DNA of 64,000 bases from a virus. Its lineage: Duplodnaviria; Caudoviricetes. The notes under the pieces are model-generated. The model ran no database searches. It was not told the origin of the DNA and saw only the letters and a program-made list of their open reading frames with translations. The stretch lies in the IMG/VR virus record IMGVR_UViG_3300044706_000051, positions 1,600 to 65,599 of that record; one strand, 5' to 3'. Position 1 is the stretch's first letter. The number at the start of each line of letters is the position of its first letter. Shown here one piece after another: positions 1 to 7,506 of the stretch. The position numbers and the translations under genes are program-made.

Positions 1-27
1 CGTCTGCGCCCAGTTCTGCGTCACGGC

Positions 28-393
28 CTACCCGCCGCGGCTGGCGTCCCAGAAGTTGCCGCCGCTCCAGGCGTCCTGCATCTTCGGATAGCTCTTGATG
101 ATGCGGCCATTGGCCTGGGTGGGTGCCGCCTCGGGCACCTGGGGCAGCCGCAGGGGCACCTCGATGCGCTGGCGGGCGCCCTGACGCTCGTAGACCTGCG
201 CCCGGTTGGCCTTCTGGCCCTCCAGCCCGCCACCCTTCGCGTTGCCCTTCCGGCGCAGCGTGCCGCGCTCGGGAGCTGCCGACGGCGAGCCGCCAACGAC
301 ACCCTGGGGCAGACCGGGGCCAAGGTTGGTCGGCGCCAGCGGGGACCGCTTATTGGCGGTGGTCCGTATTCCGCTCTTGTACGTCTTGCCCAT
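28..393 (-). CDS. small basic hypothetical protein (121 aa)
   Basis: Lys/Arg/Gly-rich ORF translationally coupled to upstream 393..650 (TGATG overlap); same orientation as operon. Confidence 0.7.
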   Translation of the reverse strand: MGKTYKSGIRTTANKRSPLAPTNLGPGLPQGVVGGSPSAAPERGTLRRKGNAKGGGLEGQKANRAQVYERQGARQRIEVPLRLPQVPEAAPTQANGRIIKSYPKMQDAWSGGNFWDASRGG

Positions 394-650
394 CAGTACG
401 CTCCTGTGGATCCGTCGCTGCCGACCGGGTCGTTGTGGACGTCGTGGCCGTAGTCCATGCCACAGATGCCGCAGGTACTCATGTCGTACGGCCAGTCCGG
501 CACGTAGGGGTGGGCGTCGGGGCTGGCGATCAGCCGCTTCATCACCGCCGCCTTCGGATAGAGCTGGTCGTGGTAGACCGACGTCCGACCGCCCTGCCGG
601 CGCCGGATGGCGTGACCGTGCTGGCGGTCATCGTTGGGGTGCATCGGCAT
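393..650 (-). CDS. hypothetical protein with CxxC...H motif
   Basis: ORF in operon orientation; contains CGICGMDYGHDVH; stop overlaps next start. Confidence 0.6.
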   Translation of the reverse strand: MPMHPNDDRQHGHAIRRRQGGRTSVYHDQLYPKAAVMKRLIASPDAHPYVPDWPYDMSTCGICGMDYGHDVHNDPVGSDGSTGAY

Positions 651-663
651 GGCTACCAGCCTT

Positions 664-960
664 TCACATGGGGATGACCAGCAACGTGATGGCCGAGATC
701 TCCCCCGTTTCTCCGGTGACGTTGGCGAAGCCGGGCCTCACGACGAGGTCTATACCCCGGCTGGCGACGTAGCTTCGAGCGATGACGCACGCCTTGATGG
801 CCTGATTTACGGCGCCTGCGCCGATGGCTCGCAGAATGGGCCGGTGGTTGTCGTAAATGGCGTGGGAAATAACAGCGGCCAATTCCTTGGGATTGGCCGC
901 ACTGGTCACCCTGAGGATGTTTTCCTCGCCGTTCTGGGGGATGACTTCTGCTGCTCCCAT
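664..960 (-). CDS. spoVS: SpoVS-family protein
   Basis: ILRVTSAANP...RAIGAGAVNQAIKACVIARSYVASRGIDLVVRPGF matches the SpoVS signature (AIGAGALNQAVKAIAIARG..APSGIDL..P.F). Confidence 0.9.
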   Translation of the reverse strand: MGAAEVIPQNGEENILRVTSAANPKELAAVISHAIYDNHRPILRAIGAGAVNQAIKACVIARSYVASRGIDLVVRPGFANVTGETGEISAITLLVIPM

Positions 961-1637
961 TCAGCGTGCACCTTTACTTTCGCCAGAACTGCTTTTTGGT
1001 ATTCGAAGCGTGCTCCCAGCTCCAAGCTAGCAGCCACCATGGCGATGACAAAGGCGTCGGCGAGGTTGTCATCTCGGAATTCGACGCCCCATTTTTTGTA
1101 CACGGTGAGCAGCATTTCCTGCTTTGAATTCCCGCAGCCGGCGAAGCTTTTCACCTGCATGGGCTCGATGATCGTGGGATAGGACAGCTCCTTCTCGGGG
1201 CTGTACCAGTCGAGCAGCGCCAATTTCACGGCCGCCCCGCACTCCCCCATCGCCTCCCGGCCGAATTTGGCGCCGTTGGCGTAGCCCTCCATGGCGACGT
1301 GGCGGATGGGCATGTCCCACTCCAGCTCCTTGAGCCAGTCGGTGAGCCCGTCCTGAATGGCCCGCAGCCGGCGTACGCCCTTGCTGGCCGGCTTGTAGAG
1401 GTACCGCTTGGGATCCTTGTCCTCAGTGCCGGCGACGGCGACGGCGGCGAAAGCGGTCAGGCTCTGGTCGATGCCGACGTACCAGCCGTCGGGCTCAGAT
1501 ATAGGAGCGGCAGGCTTTGAGGGCGTCGGCAGCCTTCGCCGCGAGATCTTCGAGGGTGCCGTCGTTGTGGATGATCTCGTCGTAGAGCCCGTCCTCATCT
1601 TGCAGCTCCGTTTCGCTGACGTGCTTCGCCGCCTCAC
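906..1637 (-). CDS. ruvC: RuvC-like Holliday junction resolvase (true start uncertain, domain begins near 1490)
   Basis: YVGIDQSL (catalytic D), AMEGY (E), DDNLADAF (D..D) RNase H-fold motifs. Confidence 0.85.
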   Translation of the reverse strand: MRRRSTSAKRSCKMRTGSTTRSSTTTAPSKISRRRLPTPSKPAAPISEPDGWYVGIDQSLTAFAAVAVAGTEDKDPKRYLYKPASKGVRRLRAIQDGLTDWLKELEWDMPIRHVAMEGYANGAKFGREAMGECGAAVKLALLDWYSPEKELSYPTIIEPMQVKSFAGCGNSKQEMLLTVYKKWGVEFRDDNLADAFVIAMVAASLELGARFEYQKAVLAKVKVHAEWEQQKSSPRTARKTSSG

Positions 1638-2097
1638 CCTCCAGGCCGGCGCCCGGCCGGATAACCCGCCACAGGAACCCGCCCCGGCGCCGGATGGCGT
1701 CGGCCTCGTTCAGGAACCGGACGTCGGAGATCACGACATCGCGGCCGCGCTGGTCGGCCATCAGCTCGAAGACGAGCTTGACCCACAGATCCTTGCTGAT
1801 CGTCTCCCGGCCCATCTCGGTGCCGATGCGCTGGTAGAGCCGGCGCACCTCGGGGTGCTTCTTGGCCTGCTCCCGGCCGACCCGCTTGATCAGCTCGGAG
1901 AGCCGGATCGGGCGTACCCGCACGCCCGTATCGAGCGCCACCGTCGTCATATCGAAGTCCACGATGGGATCGATAGCGAGGGCGCACTCCTTCATCTTCG
2001 TCGCCAGGGCGAAGCGCTTGAAATTGTGGCGCTCGGTCAGGGCCAGGGCCACGGCGTCCTTGCCGGCGCCGGCTGCGCCGCTCAGTCCGATCAGCAT
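1495..2097 (-). CDS. deoxynucleoside monophosphate kinase (T4 gp1-like)
   Basis: MLIGLSGAAGAGKD P-loop, RRLYQRIGTEMGR, VVISDVRFLNEA, H.SE; start set at ATG 2097 (TGATG overlap). Confidence 0.88.
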   Translation of the reverse strand: MLIGLSGAAGAGKDAVALALTERHNFKRFALATKMKECALAIDPIVDFDMTTVALDTGVRVRPIRLSELIKRVGREQAKKHPEVRRLYQRIGTEMGRETISKDLWVKLVFELMADQRGRDVVISDVRFLNEADAIRRRGGFLWRVIRPGAGLEGEAAKHVSETELQDEDGLYDEIIHNDGTLEDLAAKAADALKACRSYI

Positions 2098-2264
2098 CAG
2101 GATCTCCCACAGAGGTCGCAGACGTAGGCGTCGTGGTACTCGTCCCAGTGGATCGTGTCGCCGATCTCGATCAGCTCTCCGCACTCGGGGCAGGTCGAAT
2201 CGAACTGGGCCTTGGCCGGCGGCCGGCCCTTGTGCCAGCCGCTGCCCTTCACTGGATTCGTCAT
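2097..2264 (-). CDS. small Zn-ribbon protein (55 aa)
   Basis: MTNPVKG...AQFDSTCPECGELIEIGD...YVCDLC; coupled at both ends (ATGA and TGATG overlaps). Confidence 0.7.
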   Translation of the reverse strand: MTNPVKGSGWHKGRPPAKAQFDSTCPECGELIEIGDTIHWDEYHDAYVCDLCGRS

Positions 2265-2611
2265 CGTGGCTTCTCCTGCACCATGACCGGCATCGTGAGA
2301 ATGCCGATCAGCTTGTCCACTCGGTCCTGCTCTCGCTCCAGCGTCTTGGCGATGATGTCGAGCGCATCGGTGCGGACATGCTCGCTCGCCAGGATGGCCT
2401 TGGTGAAGGCATCCCACATCTGGAGGGTCATCTCGATAGCCGGTCGGAGGGAATCGGACAACCGCCCGTTCTCCTCCTGGCAGCGATACCACGACCAGCC
2501 GAATTCCTCGTATTCCAGCGGCCAGTAGAACACCCGCCCGCTGGGTGACTCCTCGTACAGGTAGACCTTGACGTTCTGGCCCAGGACGTTGCGCTCGATG
2601 TGGGCCTTCAT
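2261..2611 (-). CDS. hypothetical protein
   Basis: 116-aa ORF with overlapping start/stop at both ends. Confidence 0.7.
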   Translation of the reverse strand: MKAHIERNVLGQNVKVYLYEESPSGRVFYWPLEYEEFGWSWYRCQEENGRLSDSLRPAIEMTLQMWDAFTKAILASEHVRTDALDIIAKTLEREQDRVDKLIGILTMPVMVQEKPR

Positions 2612-3015
2612 GGCCGGCGCACCCGTAGCAGCAACCGGTACTCCCAGATTCCCAGCCGGGGCTCACCCCGACGGCGGTGGATCACCGAGTGCCGGCCGAA
2701 TTTCTCCTTCCGCAGGTCGCGCAGCCGGGCGCTGATCGACTGGGTGCGGTCCCCGGTGATGTCCTGTATCTCGTCCAGCGTGCGCCATTTCCGGTCGCGC
2801 ATGACCTCGATCACCCTCTTGAGCTGGTTGCCGAGCCGCTCCCAGTCAAGATCAGGAGCGTAGGTGTCACCGTCGAAGTCCGGCAGCCGGCCCGGAATTG
2901 CCAGGGCGCAGCCGCAGGGACAGTACGGCTCGTAGCGGAAGAGGTCAACGCAATTTTCATGGTCGCCCTCCCGGCACATGGGGCACGGCCGGGACCGCTC
3001 GGTGGGGAGCTTCAC
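2608..3015 (-). CDS. winged-helix DNA-binding protein with N-terminal Cys cluster
   Basis: CPMC..CVD..CPCGC, then VIEVMRDRKWRTLDEIQDITGDRTQSISARLRDLRK HTH pattern. Confidence 0.7.
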   Translation of the reverse strand: MKLPTERSRPCPMCREGDHENCVDLFRYEPYCPCGCALAIPGRLPDFDGDTYAPDLDWERLGNQLKRVIEVMRDRKWRTLDEIQDITGDRTQSISARLRDLRKEKFGRHSVIHRRRGEPRLGIWEYRLLLRVRRP

Positions 3016-3521
3016 GGCTGCCAGCGGCGCTCACGCCGTTCGTGATCCTCCCGCCGGCCGACCCGGCGGGTCAGCTCCCGGGAGACGACGGCGGCGTCGC
3101 GCTCGGTGGAGCTGAACAGGACCGTGACCATCTTGCGCTTGGCGTGGGCCGTGTCGTACAGCTCCTGGCGCTTCTCGACCTCGGGGTCGATGTCGCGCTG
3201 GGCCTTCGCCAGGGTGACCCGCTCGTCCCGGCCGCCGCCCCAGTCCCGCAGCAGCACCAGGGCCTGGGCCTTGTTGAGCACCGCCTCGGCCGCCCGCTCC
3301 TCGATCTCGGCCTCGGCCACGGCGCCGGCCAGGTAGTCGGTCCAGCGGGTCAAGGCCACGAACAGGCCCATGAGCTTGTCGTCGGTCAGGTCAGTGATTT
3401 TGAGCGGCAACCGCGGGATTTCGAAGCCCGGACGAGCCGGCAACGACAACCCGGCGCGCTCCACCGCTGCCCGAGCTGCCGTTGCTTTCTCGGCCATCTC
3501 CAGAGCGAGGTTCTTCGGCAT
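3012..3521 (-). CDS. coiled-coil hypothetical protein
   Basis: Helical ORF; ATG at 3521 preceded by GGAG. Confidence 0.7.
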   Translation of the reverse strand: MPKNLALEMAEKATAARAAVERAGLSLPARPGFEIPRLPLKITDLTDDKLMGLFVALTRWTDYLAGAVAEAEIEERAAEAVLNKAQALVLLRDWGGGRDERVTLAKAQRDIDPEVEKRQELYDTAHAKRKMVTVLFSSTERDAAVVSRELTRRVGRREDHERRERRWQP

Positions 3522-4458
3522 CGTTCTCCAATGTGGCGTCCCAGCAGCTCTCCCTGTAGACGCACTTAGCACAGGTGCTGTAGTCCTCGGCCGCCCAGTG
3601 CGGCCGTACCGGCGGCCGGTTCGACGCCAGGCCGTACTTGATGTCCAGGCAGGCGTCGAGGAGGTCGGCGATCAGTGCCTCGTTGTACCGTACCGTGAAT
3701 TCCTTGACCTGCTGGTTGAATTTGTTCTCGTAGATGAAGACGATTTCCCGCCGGCCGGAAATGGCGAGATAGATCATCCCCTGCTTGACGTGGGAGGGGA
3801 ACGGCCGCTTCAGGTCGCGCCACATCGCCTCCATGTCGAAGACGGTGTGCTCGTCGCCGTCGTCCTCCTTCACCTTGCGGGTGTACTTCGACAGGAGCTG
3901 AGGGGCGTCGTAGCGGATGGTCCCCATGCCGATGGACTTGACCTCCATCAGCGGGCAGAGCTGCTCGGTGTCGTTGTCATCGATGTCGCCGTCGGCGTGG
4001 CCGGCGATGAGGTAGCGCTCGGAGCGCAGCGGCACCTCGCAGTACTTGAGGCAGGTGCGCTCGGCGTTGCAGTGCGGGCAGGCGGCCGGCGCCGTGGCGT
4101 CCCAGATGGCCCCGCAGGCCATGCACGCCCACCGGCCCCGGAGGACGCCCATCTCCCACAGCCAGGTCTGCCACTTCGAATGGATGTCGTGGCCCTCGGC
4201 CCAGACGTTCTCCAGAGTGAAAGGCGTCAGCTCGGTGTCCTCGACGGCCGGCGCCCCCACGATGCGGAAGAAGGTCTGCCGGGGGCACCAGTCGTTCTTC
4301 GCCATCTCCGAGGGGTGGATGACGTCGGTGGGACGGTCCTCGGGCGGCCGGATCATGAGGTGGCGCTGGACGGCACCCAGGATGCGTGTCTCGGTCTTGG
4401 TCGTGTCAAGGAGCTGGCGCAGGGGAGACTTCTTCACCGTCCGCACGACCCGGGTCAT
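3391..4458 (-). CDS. Cas4-like PD-(D/E)XK exonuclease
   Basis: IHPSEM..WCPRQ, GHDIH, EVPL, GHADG, MEVKS, Q..IY, C-terminal CAKCVYRESC; internal ATG 4458 preceded by AGAAAGGTGA. Confidence 0.8.
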   Translation of the reverse strand: MTRVVRTVKKSPLRQLLDTTKTETRILGAVQRHLMIRPPEDRPTDVIHPSEMAKNDWCPRQTFFRIVGAPAVEDTELTPFTLENVWAEGHDIHSKWQTWLWEMGVLRGRWACMACGAIWDATAPAACPHCNAERTCLKYCEVPLRSERYLIAGHADGDIDDNDTEQLCPLMEVKSIGMGTIRYDAPQLLSKYTRKVKEDDGDEHTVFDMEAMWRDLKRPFPSHVKQGMIYLAISGRREIVFIYENKFNQQVKEFTVRYNEALIADLLDACLDIKYGLASNRPPVRPHWAAEDYSTCAKCVYRESCWDATLENDAEEPRSGDGRESNGSSGSGGARRVVVAGSSGLRNPAVAAQNH

Positions 4459-4737
4459 GCCGTTCACCTTTCTCCGCATCCGCTTGAGGGAATTTCGCTC
4501 CCTCTCCGTTCGCCCGCCCCAGATGCCGAACTTCTCATGGTTGGCGAGGGCGTACTCCAGGCACTCGTCCTTGACCGGACAGGCCGGTGAGCCGTCGAGC
4601 CCGTTGCAGACGGCCTTGGCCTGCGCCGCTACCGCTGTAGCGTCCTCACCTTCCTTCTCGGGGTAGAACAGGGCCGGCCGGGAGCCCCGACACTTTCCGA
4701 GCCCCTGCCACCCGGGCCTCTCCCACCAGTCGGTCAA
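4459..4737 (-). CDS. whiB: WhiB-family transcription factor domain, in frame (no stop) with the Cas4-like nuclease
   Basis: W...KCRG..PALFYP..AKAVC..CPVKDECLEYALANHEKFGIWGGRTERER: four Cys plus the GIWGG turn; TTG start 4737. Confidence 0.88.
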
Positions 4738-5023
4738 CGAAGTGCTCCAGAACGTCTTCCTTCGTGAACAGCACGTACTCCCTGCCACCCAGCTCAACCA
4801 CGAAAGCTGGAACTCTTCCCTCGGCCGTAGCCTGGTCGCAAAGAGTTGTCAGATCAAGGGCCTTCAGCGTTATCGAGTTGTTCCCTCGCCATTTGTTTTC
4901 GATCAGCAGCGTTGGGGTACGAACATCGCCCTTCGAATGCCAGGTATTGCCAGAGCCTGGGTTACGTCGGCCGCCGAAGTCCCTCGCCGTACGATCCTCC
5001 TGGCGCTGCCACCCCTTCTTCAC
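4646..5023 (-). CDS. PD-(D/E)XK nuclease, Hjc-type resolvase-like
   Basis: QRQEDRTA...PGSG...KGDV....LIENK pattern; GTG start overlapping upstream stop. Confidence 0.65.
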   Translation of the reverse strand: MKKGWQRQEDRTARDFGGRRNPGSGNTWHSKGDVRTPTLLIENKWRGNNSITLKALDLTTLCDQATAEGRVPAFVVELGGREYVLFTKEDVLEHFVDRLVGEARVAGARKVSGLPAGPVLPREGR

Positions 5024-5337
5024 GTCCGCTCCACGCCGTCGTGCGGGTCGAGCACCCGCCGGCCGTCGAAGTGGAGCCACTCCCGTACTTCGTGGCTCTC
5101 GATGCGATGGAGCCGCCAGACCAGCCACTCCAGCAGGTCGCGCTCATCGTTGATCAGTGGTGCCGGCAGCGGCGCCTCGATGTGGAGATCGGTGTAGCCG
5201 GTCGGGTCGTAGGCGTTGGTGACCATTGCGTCGATGTGGACCCACAACCCTTCGTAATTCACGGCCGGCGTGAATTTCCACCCGGGCTTGTACGTCACTC
5301 GGGACAGGGCGCCGGCCAGGGCTGTGTAGTCGATCAT
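5020..5337 (-). CDS. hypothetical protein
   Basis: MIDYTALAG... 105 aa, ATGA overlap with recA stop. Confidence 0.7.
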   Translation of the reverse strand: MIDYTALAGALSRVTYKPGWKFTPAVNYEGLWVHIDAMVTNAYDPTGYTDLHIEAPLPAPLINDERDLLEWLVWRLHRIESHEVREWLHFDGRRVLDPHDGVERT

Positions 5338-6386
5338 TTCTTGACCGACCGCTTCACCACCTTCGCCGCCGGGCGGGGGTAAAGCGTGGCGAAGATGTCG
5401 GCCTCCACGGCGGCCAGCAGCTCGGGCTGGGTACGGAGCGCTTCGAGGAGCCGCTCCTTGCCCTGCCATTTCTGGTCCCCGATGGAGTAGAAGGCGCCGG
5501 CCCGGTGGATCAGCTTGTGCAGCAGGCCGACGGAGACGATCTCCTTGGGCCGGTCGTAGTCGCCGGCCTTGAATTCGCCGCTGTCAGCGAAATAGAAATC
5601 GAAGATCGCCGTCCGCTGCGGCGGCGCCGTCTTGTTCTTCACGGTGTGAGCCTTGATCGTCTGGCCCACCCGGAATTCGCCCTCCTCCAGCCAGTCGTCC
5701 CTCTTGACCTCCAGCCGGACGACAAAGAAGAAGTTCTTGCCTCGTCCTCCTGGCGTCGTGCGAGGGTCGCCGTGAAGGACACCGATGCGCTCCCGCCACT
5801 GGTTGATCATGATCCCGAGAACAGGGCGCTCAGCGCTTACCAGGGACCGCCGGGTGGCCGGCTGCTGCTTGCGGAAGAACTGCCCGGTGAGAATGGCCCC
5901 CAGGCCCGGCGCCAGCTCTCCGACGTCACGGTCATCCTCCCGCTCGGGGACGAGAGCTGGCAGGGAGTCGATCACGACGCAGTCGATCTTCCGGCTGGCG
6001 ATGAAGTCGATGCAGGTCTGGTACACCGTCTCCATGCCGTTGTCGGTCATGACGATAACCCGGCTGTCGTCCACCCCGAGCTGACGCGCCCAGCGCCGGT
6101 CCCAGCTCCGCTCGGCGTCGAACCACACTGCCGTCCAGTTCGGATCCCGGGCCTGGTTGGCAGCCAGCGTCTTCATGGCGATGAGCGTCTTGCCGGCGCT
6201 CTCGTAGCCGATGATCTCGTTCCACTGGTTGAGCGGCCAGCCGCCACCCAGGGCGATATCGAGGGTCAGGCTGCCACTCGGGCAACGCGGCCGGACCTCG
6301 CACTCGATGTCCGAGCCGAGGATGATCGTCCCCTCGCCCAGCTTGTGGTTGACGCGCTGCATCAGCGCCTTGATCTCGGCGTCCAT
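5334..6386 (-). CDS. recA: RecA/UvsX recombinase
   Basis: SGSLTLDIALGGG, EIIGYESAGKT Walker A, DAE, VVIDSLPALVP, INQWRERIGV..GDP.TTPGG, GAFYS. Confidence 0.95.
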   Translation of the reverse strand: MDAEIKALMQRVNHKLGEGTIILGSDIECEVRPRCPSGSLTLDIALGGGWPLNQWNEIIGYESAGKTLIAMKTLAANQARDPNWTAVWFDAERSWDRRWARQLGVDDSRVIVMTDNGMETVYQTCIDFIASRKIDCVVIDSLPALVPEREDDRDVGELAPGLGAILTGQFFRKQQPATRRSLVSAERPVLGIMINQWRERIGVLHGDPRTTPGGRGKNFFFVVRLEVKRDDWLEEGEFRVGQTIKAHTVKNKTAPPQRTAIFDFYFADSGEFKAGDYDRPKEIVSVGLLHKLIHRAGAFYSIGDQKWQGKERLLEALRTQPELLAAVEADIFATLYPRPAAKVVKRSVKK

Positions 6387-6607
6387 CAGCTCCCCTTGGC
6401 GATCTTCTTGACGTGGTATCCCATCATCGCCGTCTTCGGGTCAGCGTTACCGGCCGCCGCCGCCTTCCAGGCCGCTTCCTCGTCCTCGTAGGTGGCGACA
6501 GGCACCGGCTTCTGGTGGAGCGGATGCATCGCCATGACGACGTGGAGGTATTCCTTGGCCGGCTCGGCCTTCTTCGCCGGCTGGCTACTTCTTCTTGTCG
6601 CTGCCAA
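6386..6607 (-). CDS. small hypothetical protein
   Basis: 73-aa ORF coupled to recA start. Confidence 0.55.
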   Translation of the reverse strand: MAATRRSSQPAKKAEPAKEYLHVVMAMHPLHQKPVPVATYEDEEAAWKAAAAGNADPKTAMMGYHVKKIAKGS

Positions 6608-6824
6608 TGGAGGGGAACTTCTTCTTGACGGCGGCGCGGACTCTGGCCTTCTCGGCCGGCGTGCCGTGCTGGGCGACCCGGGCCAGGGCGTTCCGGGCGT
6701 GCTTCTCGTCAGGGATCGGGTAATTCCCGCTCTCCTTCTTCTGCTCCGCGGTCTTGGCCTTCGACTTGATGGCGAAGTCGCTCTTCGAGAGCTTGGCTCT
6801 CTTCTTCGAAGTGAGGTCGGCCAT
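6585..6824 (-). CDS. small basic protein (DUF6582-like)
   Basis: LTSKKRAKLSKSDFA...YPIPDEKHARNALARV pattern, recognised from memory. Confidence 0.55.
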   Translation of the reverse strand: MADLTSKKRAKLSKSDFAIKSKAKTAEQKKESGNYPIPDEKHARNALARVAQHGTPAEKARVRAAVKKKFPSIGSDKKK

Positions 6825-6937
6825 CAGTCCCCACCGAACAGCTTGCTCACCAGAGCGATAAGCCCGATCACAGCCAGGACGACGATGACGATGATCCAGA
6901 CGATGGCCTTGCCGACGAAGGCGAGGGGCAGGAGCAT
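6824..6937 (-). CDS. 37-aa single-TM membrane protein
   Basis: MLLPLAFVGKAIVWIIVIVVLAVIGLIALVSKLFGGD; TGATG overlaps at both ends. Confidence 0.65.
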   Translation of the reverse strand: MLLPLAFVGKAIVWIIVIVVLAVIGLIALVSKLFGGD

Positions 6938-7137
6938 CACTTCTTCCCCTTCTTCGAGCTGGAGCCGCCGGCCCGGGTCTTCGGATCCTTGATCACGCCG
7001 TTGGCCGCCCGGATGGCTGCGCCCTCGGAGGCGCCGCGCTTCAGCTCGCCGTTGGCGACGTGGACCCACTGACGCTTCTGCTTGTCGGTCTTGGCCTTCT
7101 TCGTCTTCTCAGGGACGTCCTTGGTTGACCAGGGCAT
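6937..7137 (-). CDS. small basic protein, possibly ChaB-like
   Basis: MPW....P.....KQKRQWVHVAN....GA.EG.AIRAAN; ChaB resemblance is distant. Confidence 0.55.
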   Translation of the reverse strand: MPWSTKDVPEKTKKAKTDKQKRQWVHVANGELKRGASEGAAIRAANGVIKDPKTRAGGSSSKKGKK

Positions 7138-7506
7138 TCATCCGCCTCCAAAAATCTGGAACCTGCCGTTATAGGAGCACTCGAAGCACTGGGGCATGGG
7201 CGTCGCCATGCCGGCCTGCGTGACCATCGAATTCTGACGGCGGCTGAAGAAATTCGTGCTGCCGCAGTTCGGACAGGTGGCCGTCTCCTCCTTGGCCGCC
7301 TTGCTCGCCTGGAGGAATCCGGCCGACTGCCAATTGAGGCGTTTGCCCCCTGTGCTCGGATCGACCAGCACCATGGGCTCGATGTCCAGCTCCTGCGTGG
7401 CCGTAGAGGGGCCTGTAGGCCCCGTAGCCGGCCTGGAGGGGGCGGTCGGGTATTGCGGGCCGGCGGGGGCTCTACCGAGCTTCCTGGCCCACCAGGAGTC
7501 CGTCAT
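7138..7506 (-). CDS. Zn-ribbon protein
   Basis: CPNCGSTNFF...PQCFECSY. Confidence 0.7.
   Translation of the reverse strand: MTDSWWARKLGRAPAGPQYPTAPSRPATGPTGPSTATQELDIEPMVLVDPSTGGKRLNWQSAGFLQASKAAKEETATCPNCGSTNFFSRRQNSMVTQAGMATPMPQCFECSYNGRFQIFGGG

Noticed and set aside
3391-4458. Cas4 as part of a CRISPR adaptation module
   Set aside because: No cas1 or cas2, and it sits in a recombination operon 20 kb from the array; solo Cas4-like exonucleases are common in phages
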